In this document: positions 45,384-53,040 of the stretch, one piece after another | Position numbering within the stretch: the stretch's first letter is position 1 | Layout of the letters: the number at the start of each line of letters is the position of its first letter | NCBI GenBank assembly: GCA_965213675.1 | Contig: OZ243916.1 | Location: forward strand, 2,816,001-2,880,000 | DNA length: 64,000 nt | DNA from: an uncultured Candidatus Binatia bacterium | Lineage (GTDB): Bacteria; Desulfobacterota; Binatia; UBA9968; JAJDTQ01 | Reading direction: 5' to 3' | Program-made: the position numbers and the translations under genes | Notes under the pieces: generated by a model | Databases searched by the model: none | Seen by the model: the letters and a program-made list of their open reading frames with translations, nothing else | What the model was told of the DNA's origin: nothing

Positions 45384-46462
45384 CAGCGATCAACCTACCT
45401 CCGGCCAACGGTGAACTTGAAATCACCCTCTTCGGACCCGGCTATGGGGAAAGCATTGCTTTGCACATCGGCGACGGCTCTTGGGTTCTCATCGACTCCT
45501 GCATTGGCCCGGGCGGCGAACCGCGAGCGCTACAGTATCTGACGGACCTCGGTGTCGATCCGGCCCGTGACGTCGGCCTGATCGTCGCTACCCACTGGCA
45601 TGACGATCACATTCGGGGCATGGCCGAACTGGTGACGGCCTGCAGCAACGCCGTTTTCTGCTGCGCCGGCGTACTCTGCAAAAAAGAGTTTCTTGGTATG
45701 GTCGGAGCCCTGGAGCGTCGGGGTCTTCCCAGCACCGGTTCGGGCGTACGGGAACTCTACAAAGTCTTTAATAGACTCAAGGGACTCAAGGCAACAGCAA
45801 CTTTCGCCATCGCCAGCCGCATCATCCACGCCCAGGGCTCCTGCGAAATCCGGTCCCTCTCGCCACACGACAAGGAGTTTGTCAGCTTCTTGAGTGAGGT
45901 CAGCAGCCTGATTCCGGGCCAGGGCGAGACCAAGCGCCGAATTCCCAGCCTCACACCCAACAAAGTTTCTGTCGTGTTGTGGATCAATATCGGGGATGTC
46001 GCGCTACTGCTCGGTTCCGACATGGAGAAACCGGGTTGGGGCGACATCCTCCACAGCACGACCGGACCGACGGGGAAAGCGTCGGTGTTCAAAGTGCCGC
46101 ATCATGGGTCGGAGAATGCGGACGACCCAGGGGTGTGGCAAAACATGCTGGAAACCGAACCCTGGGCTGTAGTGGCGCCCTGGCGCCTGGGCGGGCGGAT
46201 TCTGCCGAACCCACACGACGTGCAACGCATCCTGTCCTTTACTGCAAACGCCTACTCTACGGTGTCAAGCAGGCAGCTTACCTCATCACCGACACGGAGA
46301 CACCGCATGGTCGACAAGACGATACGGGAATCCGGAATCCAACTTCGGTCCGTGCCGGTGTCGCACGACGCCGTCCGGCTGCGCAGGGTGGCGGGAAACC
46401 AGGCACAATGGCGGGTCGAGCTCTTCGGCTCGGCATGTGCGCTGAAGGATTTTGCTGCGTAA
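45380..46462 (+). CDS. Metallo-beta-lactamase-fold hydrolase, ComEC/Rec2-like putative nuclease (module 2, gene C)
   Basis: GPGYGES, LIDSC, THWHDDHIRG, LLGSD, FKVPHHGS; GTGA overlap with gene B. Confidence 0.82.
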   Translation: MTAINLPPANGELEITLFGPGYGESIALHIGDGSWVLIDSCIGPGGEPRALQYLTDLGVDPARDVGLIVATHWHDDHIRGMAELVTACSNAVFCCAGVLCKKEFLGMVGALERRGLPSTGSGVRELYKVFNRLKGLKATATFAIASRIIHAQGSCEIRSLSPHDKEFVSFLSEVSSLIPGQGETKRRIPSLTPNKVSVVLWINIGDVALLLGSDMEKPGWGDILHSTTGPTGKASVFKVPHHGSENADDPGVWQNMLETEPWAVVAPWRLGGRILPNPHDVQRILSFTANAYSTVSSRQLTSSPTRRHRMVDKTIRESGIQLRSVPVSHDAVRLRRVAGNQAQWRVELFGSACALKDFAA

Positions 46463-46562
46463 CGTGGCTCTGTCCGACAAGCAGTCCGATTCTCCAACAC
46501 CGTGCTCTTGCCTCTACACATCCGGTAGGTGACGGCGTAATTCGCCGTTGCCCGGCTGAGTA

Positions 46563-46661
46563 CTGTCTCCCGTGGTACCCGCCACTGCTCGTCATCGCGC
46601 CTTGCCGACGACAAAAAATCCTCCGCAGATTATGACGCGAATTAACCAGACACCACACTAG
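46563..46661 (-). mobile_element. Truncated IS/MITE end, same terminus as 2322-2347
   Basis: 26-bp exact inverted match ending in CTAG; inner boundary approximate. Confidence 0.55.
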
Positions 46662-46768
46662 TGGGCGCCCACCGGCGATTTCTCGTGTGTCAAAGCAGGG
46701 AGTACTTGGAACGGAGTCCGCAGGTGGTGTGCGACTTGGCGGGGATGTTGAAGTACATTGAAGGTTAG
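46658..46768 (+). pseudogene. C-terminal fragment, probably of the AAA-DUF4143 ATPase
   Basis: LVGAHRRFLVCQSREYLERSPQVVCDLAGMLKYIEG*, cut at the CTAG of the element end. Confidence 0.5.
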
Positions 46769-47157
46769 TGAGGGGCTTACGAACACGTCATTCCCGGGGA
46801 ACAGGCTGTGTCAAAACGTCGCCCGAACAAGACTTCGCGCCAACCCCTCGATTCGTCATTCCCGCGGAAGCGGGAATCCAGGGGTGGGGAGGCGGGGATC
46901 AGGTTGGCGGCAACCGGAAAACGCCGGTCTCGGAATCAGCCGTCCACAACGTGCCCGTATCGATATCGAACCACCAGCCGTGCAGCGTAAGAGCGCCCTT
47001 TTCCACTCGATCCTGAATCCACGCGTAGGACCGGAGGTTTGCCAATGACCTGAGCACCGATCGCTGCTCGGCCGCAGTCGCCGTTTCCGCGTCCGTGCGC
47101 TCGCGCTCTGAGCCCTCCGCCAGCACCTCCCGGCACGCTCCGTCCGCCAGCGCCACC
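46695..47157 (+). repeat. 463-bp direct repeat, copy 2 (includes half palindromic element and 3' third of the carbonic anhydrase gene)
   Basis: Direct sequence comparison with 42160-42622. Confidence 0.95.
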
Positions 47158-47160
47158 TCA

Positions 47161-47334
47161 ATCGCACCGGGACCGGATCTGAAGTGGCACATGTCGGAGG
47201 TTGTCGAAGAACGGATCGCGGATAACCGGCCCTTGATCGAACTGCGAGGTAAGAAAGTCATGCTCCCGAACAAGAAGGACATGTTTCCGAGGAAAGACGC
47301 CTTGGAGTGGCGGCTGGAGCACCTTCTGAAATAG
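47161..47334 (+). pseudogene. C-terminal remnant of an HNH restriction-type endonuclease
   Basis: IAPGPDLKWHMS...LRGKKVMLP...PRKDALEWR resembles the tail that follows the HNH motif; begins right at the repeat junction. Confidence 0.5.
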
Positions 47335-47344
47335 GTGCGAGTTC

Positions 47345-48520
47345 TCACGCCCCCCTCAACACCTCCGCCATCTCCCTCACCCCAATCACCTCCACCTCCC
47401 GTGACAGCGGATAGCGTTCCGTTCCCGCGTACACGACGAACGCCTTCTCGGGCCGTACGTCTTCCAGCGCGTTGTAGAAGCCTCGGGTGGGGCGTGGGGC
47501 AAGGCTGTGCTTGATCTCGATGGCCCAGGGGGCGGTGCGGCCGGGGAGCTCCAGGACCAGGTCGATCTCGGCGCCGGCGGCGGTGCGGTAGAAGCTGGCG
47601 AGGGTCCGCCAGGGTGCCACGGCCAGGAGATTCTCGATCACGAAACCCTCCCAGCTCGCGCCCATCACGGGGTGACCGGTAAGGGTGAGCTCGTCCTGAA
47701 TGCCGAGGAGCCCGTGCACGAGGCCGCTGTCTCTGACGTACACCTTGGGCGACTTCACCAGCCGCTTGCGGGTGTTGGCGATGAAGGGCGGCAAACGCCG
47801 AACCAGCAGGAGATCGGTCATGAGATCGACGTACCGGGTGACCATGGGCGCGCTGATGGACAGGCTGGAGGCCAACGCCGAGGCGTTCAGCAGGGATCCC
47901 TGCCCGTGGGCGAGCATCCGCCACAGCCTCTCCAGCGTGGCGGCGGGAACCGGGTACGGCGAGAACTGCGGCATGTCCCGTTCCAGGTACGTGCTGATGA
48001 AGTTCAGACGGTACCCGAGGCTGTCTGCATCGTTGGCGGCGAGAAAGCTCTCGGGGAAGCCGCCGCATACCCACAATCTCCTGAGGGCCTCGTCGTCAGG
48101 CGCTGCTTCGAGAACGTCGAAGGGATGGAGCGCCACGTATTCGATGCGCCCCGCAAGGCTCTCGCTCGACTGCCGCAGCAGGTCCATGGATGCGGAGCCC
48201 AGGATCAGGAACCGGCCCGTGCGCCTGCCCGCCCGGCGGCCTTCGTCGATGAGGCCGCGCAACTCGCGGAACAACTCCGGGGCGCGGTGGACCTCGTCGA
48301 TGATCACCAGACGGTCGGCGTACCGCTCAAGGAAGAGCCTGGGCTCGGCCAGCCTGCCCCGATCCGTGCTTTTCTCAAGGTCAAGGTATACGTTATTGTC
48401 AACGTTGGCGATTTGCCGCGCCAGCGTGGTCTTGCCAACTTGACGCGGGCCGATGAGTGCCACGGCGGCCTGACGACCCAGAGCGACGCGGACGTCTTTG
48501 GCTGCACGGCGCGCGATCAT
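47345..48520 (-). CDS. AAA_14 ATPase with DUF4143 domain
   Basis: GPRQVGKTT, IIDEVH, ILGSAS, ESLAGR, GGFPE, KSPKVYVRDSG, EIDLV..AIEIK. Confidence 0.9.
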   Translation of the reverse strand: MIARRAAKDVRVALGRQAAVALIGPRQVGKTTLARQIANVDNNVYLDLEKSTDRGRLAEPRLFLERYADRLVIIDEVHRAPELFRELRGLIDEGRRAGRRTGRFLILGSASMDLLRQSSESLAGRIEYVALHPFDVLEAAPDDEALRRLWVCGGFPESFLAANDADSLGYRLNFISTYLERDMPQFSPYPVPAATLERLWRMLAHGQGSLLNASALASSLSISAPMVTRYVDLMTDLLLVRRLPPFIANTRKRLVKSPKVYVRDSGLVHGLLGIQDELTLTGHPVMGASWEGFVIENLLAVAPWRTLASFYRTAAGAEIDLVLELPGRTAPWAIEIKHSLAPRPTRGFYNALEDVRPEKAFVVYAGTERYPLSREVEVIGVREMAEVLRGA

Positions 48521-48598
48521 CCTTGCAAATTAAAATGATTTGTTTGGATTTGCAATATTATAAGCAGCGTCTACTCTGCAGTTGATGGTGACGTTTGG

Positions 48599-49072
48599 AT
48601 GTCTCCCTCTTGGATAGCAGCTCTGCGGCGCATCGCCGCCACGTTCGCCTCGAAAGGCCGCAACGTTCGCGGGACCGTAGACGACGACCCCCACGACGGC
48701 ACCCCACCCGACGACGACACCGTCGTCCTCCCCATCGAGGAGGTTTTAGGGGATGGTCACTACCCAAACGATAGCGACCATCTGCCCGACGAAGACACCG
48801 TCGTCCTCCCCATCGAGGACCACATCGACCTCCACCCGTTCGCGCCCCGGGACATCCCGAGCGTGGTGGAGGACTACGTCTGGCAGTGCCACGGGGAGGG
48901 GCTCCGGGAGGTGCGGATCATTCACGGGCGCGGCAAGGGGGTGCAGCGGCGCATCGTGCAGTCCGCGTTGGAGAAGAACCCGCTGGTGGAGTCCTGCCAC
49001 GATGCGCCGGCTGAGAGGGGCGGGTGGGGCGCGACGGTGGCGGTGATTCGTGCGAAGGAGCGCGGAGAGTAG
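48599..49072 (+). CDS. Smr/MutS2 domain protein (start uncertain; duplicated N-terminal segment)
   Basis: IDLH, VRIIHGRGKG, GGWGATV. Confidence 0.8.
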   Translation: MSPSWIAALRRIAATFASKGRNVRGTVDDDPHDGTPPDDDTVVLPIEEVLGDGHYPNDSDHLPDEDTVVLPIEDHIDLHPFAPRDIPSVVEDYVWQCHGEGLREVRIIHGRGKGVQRRIVQSALEKNPLVESCHDAPAERGGWGATVAVIRAKERGE

Positions 49073-49109
49073 GGGACTCCGGGATCGTGCTCGGCACGGC
49101 CGCGGTTCG

Positions 49110-50273
49110 TTACGTCACGATCGCGTCCGTCCAGAGTCGTTCGAGGAAGCGTTTCCAGGGCAATATCCAGATGCCCTCGCTGGTGCGGCGGGGGGCGTCT
49201 TCGTTGCACACAATTACCGCTTGGGACGGATGATGTTCCTCCATGTAGGCGCGCATGGCCCTGAGTTCTTCGGGGCGGACACGGGGGCTTCCCTTGACCT
49301 CGATGGCTATCTCGCCCGCACGGCCGAGGATGAAGTCGCACTCCAGCCCGGACTTGGTGCGCCAGAAGCGTACCGGGAAATCGTACTCGCGATAGGAACG
49401 ATAGGCGAGCAGCTCCATCAGCACGAGATGCTCCAGGGCGCGCCCGAAGTCGGCACCGTGCTCGCGTTCGATCCGGCGCCCGGTCACGTGGCCGGCCACG
49501 CCGACGTCGAACAGGTAGAATTTCGGGGCGCGCGTGATGACCGCGCGTGAGCGGCGCCGGCTGAACGGCTCGACGAACACACCCAGCAGCGTATCCACAA
49601 GTATCTGAAAATACTCCCGCACGGTCTTGGAGTCGACACCGCAGTCCCTGGCGACGTTGCTGTAGTTCAGAAGTTCTCCATGGGAGAACGACAAGGCTTC
49701 GAAAAACCTCGAGAAACCGGCCACGTTACGCGTCAGCCCTTCGTCGAACACCTCCTCCTTCAGATAGTCATCCACATAGCCCGCGAGCGCCCGCCGGTAT
49801 CCCGCCGCGTCGTAGTGCTGCGGGACCAGCCCCCGGTTGAGCGCCCTCAGGAGATCGAATTCCGGCACTTCCGGCCAGGTGAGCGGATGAAGTTCGAAAC
49901 GCCAGGCGCGGCCGCCCAGCAGATTGGCCCGGCCGCGTTTCAGCTTCCTGGCACTGGAACCGCACAAGAGGAAGCTCAACCCTTCGTTCTCGATCAGTCG
50001 ATGAACCTCGTCCAGAACGGCGGGCGCCTTCTGCACCTCGTCGACGATGATGGGGTCGGCCCGCGTCGCTCGATCGAATGCCGCCACGCGCTCGGACAAC
50101 GCCCAAGGCGCCCGCGTGAGTTCCAGCAGAAGCCGGGTATCGAGCAGGTCGAACCGGGCCGCGTTGGGGAAGGTCTCGCGAAGCAAGGTTGACTTGCCGG
50201 TCTTGCGCGGGCCCCACAAAAAGGCGGACTGCCCCCGCGGCAGGTCAAGGCGGAGGGTGCGGCGGTAGTGCAT
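49110..50273 (-). CDS. AAA_14 ATPase with DUF4143 domain
   Basis: GPRKTGKST, IVDEVQK, LCGSSARKL, LLGGRA, PKFYLFDVGV, ECDFI..AIEVK. Confidence 0.9.
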   Translation of the reverse strand: MHYRRTLRLDLPRGQSAFLWGPRKTGKSTLLRETFPNAARFDLLDTRLLLELTRAPWALSERVAAFDRATRADPIIVDEVQKAPAVLDEVHRLIENEGLSFLLCGSSARKLKRGRANLLGGRAWRFELHPLTWPEVPEFDLLRALNRGLVPQHYDAAGYRRALAGYVDDYLKEEVFDEGLTRNVAGFSRFFEALSFSHGELLNYSNVARDCGVDSKTVREYFQILVDTLLGVFVEPFSRRRSRAVITRAPKFYLFDVGVAGHVTGRRIEREHGADFGRALEHLVLMELLAYRSYREYDFPVRFWRTKSGLECDFILGRAGEIAIEVKGSPRVRPEELRAMRAYMEEHHPSQAVIVCNEDAPRRTSEGIWILPWKRFLERLWTDAIVT

Positions 50274-50452
50274 ATTTTCGGATCTCACTCCGAAATAGTC
50301 GGGCTATTTCGGAATATACTCCGAAGTGGCACGCCTTGACAAGGCGTTGGCGGAGGGCCGCGTGGGTTTCCGGGAAGGCCCTCCCGCCCCCGATCGGGGT
50401 CGAGGGCAAGCTTTCGCGGGAATGGTGGTTTCGTCCCGGGGCCTGGTGCCGC

Positions 50453-52918
50453 TCAGTCGCTCTCCTCCGCCTCCCGCACCAGCGCCCTGATGCGGTCGGG
50501 CGTGAGCGGCAGGTCCTTGATCTGGATGCCCAGGGACGACAGGGCGTGGGAGACGGCGTTGGCGAGGGCGGCGCCGCAGGCGACGATGCCGCCTTCGCCG
50601 GCGCCCTTGACGCCGAGGGGGTTGAGGGGCGAGGGGGAGTACTCGGTGATGATGCTTTCCACCGGGGGGATCTCCATGCTGGACGGGAGCGGGTAGTCGA
50701 GCAGGGTGGTGGTGAGCAACTGGCCGTCCTCGTTGTAGGCGAGTTCCTCCAGCAGGGTGCCGCCGATGCCCTGGGCGGCGGCGCCGAGGGCCTGGCCGTG
50801 CACGAGCAGGGGGTTGACGGCGCGGCCGACGTCTTCGAGCACCAAATACCGCAGGATCTCCACCATTCCCGTCTCGGGGTCGACGGCGACGTGCACCAGG
50901 TGGCCGCCGTAGGTGTAGGTGAGGCGGTCGGTGTGGAAGTACTCGGTGGCCTCGAGGCCGGGGGTGTCGCTGCCGGAGAGCCTGCCGGGCTTGGTCATTT
51001 CCAGCAGGTCGCCCAGGTTCAGCAGCGCGCGGCTGGCATCAGCGACATCGCCCCCCGGATTTCCGCGCGGTGCCTCGTACGGGGCAGGCTCTTCCCCGGA
51101 ATGACCGGGGCTGCCCGCTACGGGCCGGTCCGCCCCGGCGTCCGCCTCTCGACCGCCGCTGCCCGCCGCGGGCCGCTCCGTGCCGGCGGCATAGACCTTG
51201 CCAGAACGGAACTCCAGCCCCGCGGGGTCCGTCTCCAGCCGCCTCGCGGCCACCTCCAGCAAGCGTTTCCTGAGCGCCTCGGCCGTCAGGTGCACGGCGT
51301 TGCCGGCCATGACGGTGCCGCGGCTGGAGTAGGTGCCGCCGCCCCAGGGCATGAGGTCGGTGTGGCCGTGGAACACGGTGATCCACTCCATGGGCACGCC
51401 CAGGGCGTCCGCGCAGATCTGCGCCATGACGGTCTCGTGGCCTTGGCCCAGGGTGGCGATGCCCAGGTAGACGGCGACGCTCTCGGGGCCGGTGACGACC
51501 ACGCGCGCGCCCTCGGACGGCCCGAGGCCGGTGTTCTTCACGAACCAGCCGATGCCGATGCCGTGGTAACGGCCGTCCCGCTTCTGCCCCTGGAGGGGTT
51601 TCACCGCGTCGTAGCCGAACCGCTCCAGGGCGGTGGCCAGCGCCCGCGGGTAGTCGCCGCTGTCGAACACGGTGGAGGCGATGCCCGGGCGCGTGGGCCC
51701 CAGGTCGTAGGGCAATTCCTCGGGCTGGATGAGGTTCTTGCGGCGCAGGTCGATGGGGTCCATGCGCAGGTCGGCCGCGACCATGTCGAGCATGCGCTCG
51801 CGGAAGTAACACGACTCGAAGCGGCCGGGGGCGCGGTAGGTGCCCACCCCCATCTTGTTGGTCATGACGCACTCGACGTGGGCCTCGTAGGCGGGGAAGC
51901 GGTACGGCCCGGGCAGCACCGCGGCGGTGGACGCGGGCACCAAGCCGCCGTGGGTGCGGATGTGCGCGCCCATGTCGCCGTGGATGCGCGCGCGCATGGC
52001 CAGGAACGTGCCGTCCCGGCGCGTGGCGATCTCCAACTCGCAGCGCACCGCGCGCGAGTGGTTGGCGGCCATGAGGTGCTCACGCCGGTCCTCGATCCAC
52101 TTCACGGGCCGCCCGAGGGTCATGGCGGCATAGGGAATCAGGTAGTCCTCGGGATAGAACTCGCCGCGGATGCCGAAGCCGCCGCCCACGTCGGGCTCGA
52201 TGAAGTGGATGCGGTGTTCGGGCATCTCCAGCAGGGACGACAGCACCGCGCGGTTGAAGTGCGCCACCTTGGTCATGCCCCACACCGTCAACTCGCCGCG
52301 CCCGGCGTCCCAGGATGCCACGAGGCCGCGGGTTTCCATGGGGTTGCCCGTATGGCGGTGCACGCGCAGGACTTCCTTGCGCGTGTACTCGGCATCGCGG
52401 AACGCTCCGTCCACGTCGCCGAGCTTGATGTCGTAGCCGCCGGCCACGTTGGTGCCCTGTTCCTCGTGGATGAGGATGTCGCCCTTGAGCGCCGCCTCCA
52501 CGTCCGGCACGGCTGGAAGCGGCTCGTACTCCACGTCGATCAAGTCCGCGCCGTCCTCGGCCACGTAACGGTCCACTGCCGCCACCAGCGCCACCGGCTC
52601 GCCCACGTAGGCGACCTTGTCCCGCGCCAGCGGATACTGGAGAAAGCGGTCCAGACCATCCAGCGCGTACATGCGCAGCGGCACCGGCTTCACCCCGGCG
52701 GGCAGGTCCGCGAACGTGAGTGCCGCAGCCACCCCCGGGAGCTTCAACGCCGCCGACACGTCCACCGACTTGATGCGCGCGTGCGCGTGCGGGCTCCGCA
52801 GCACGGCCGCGTAAAGCACCCCGGGGAGCTTCACATCATCGATGAACGTGGCCCTGCCGGTCAGGAACCGGACATCTTCACCGCGCCGTATGGGCGCCCC
52901 GATGTATGTCTGCGTCAC
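50453..52918 (-). CDS. Xanthine dehydrogenase-family molybdopterin-binding (CoxL/CutL-like) subunit
   Basis: RSPHAHA, DVGGGFG, YRAPG, GQGHET, SSRGT, GVKGAGEGG. Confidence 0.92.
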   Translation of the reverse strand: MTQTYIGAPIRRGEDVRFLTGRATFIDDVKLPGVLYAAVLRSPHAHARIKSVDVSAALKLPGVAAALTFADLPAGVKPVPLRMYALDGLDRFLQYPLARDKVAYVGEPVALVAAVDRYVAEDGADLIDVEYEPLPAVPDVEAALKGDILIHEEQGTNVAGGYDIKLGDVDGAFRDAEYTRKEVLRVHRHTGNPMETRGLVASWDAGRGELTVWGMTKVAHFNRAVLSSLLEMPEHRIHFIEPDVGGGFGIRGEFYPEDYLIPYAAMTLGRPVKWIEDRREHLMAANHSRAVRCELEIATRRDGTFLAMRARIHGDMGAHIRTHGGLVPASTAAVLPGPYRFPAYEAHVECVMTNKMGVGTYRAPGRFESCYFRERMLDMVAADLRMDPIDLRRKNLIQPEELPYDLGPTRPGIASTVFDSGDYPRALATALERFGYDAVKPLQGQKRDGRYHGIGIGWFVKNTGLGPSEGARVVVTGPESVAVYLGIATLGQGHETVMAQICADALGVPMEWITVFHGHTDLMPWGGGTYSSRGTVMAGNAVHLTAEALRKRLLEVAARRLETDPAGLEFRSGKVYAAGTERPAAGSGGREADAGADRPVAGSPGHSGEEPAPYEAPRGNPGGDVADASRALLNLGDLLEMTKPGRLSGSDTPGLEATEYFHTDRLTYTYGGHLVHVAVDPETGMVEILRYLVLEDVGRAVNPLLVHGQALGAAAQGIGGTLLEELAYNEDGQLLTTTLLDYPLPSSMEIPPVESIITEYSPSPLNPLGVKGAGEGGIVACGAALANAVSHALSSLGIQIKDLPLTPDRIRALVREAEESD

Positions 52919-53040
52919 GGGCTCTTCCCTCCCCGCCCATGGATACCCGCGTCCCCGTAATGACCATTCGAAATCACCCCGATCAGGCCTTCATGAGGAC
53001 ACGCGCGTTAATGGTGTGCACGGCGGCCGTGCCCGGCGCC

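Noticed and set aside
46899-48074. 391-aa ORF ending in carbonic anhydrase sequence as a novel fusion
   Set aside because: Alternative frame of the ATPase gene running by chance into the duplicated CA 3' end; lacks the CA active-site motifs.
50453-52918. Aerobic CO dehydrogenase (form I CoxL)
   Set aside because: Active-site loop reads TYRAPG, not AYRCSFR; no coxM/coxS adjacent.
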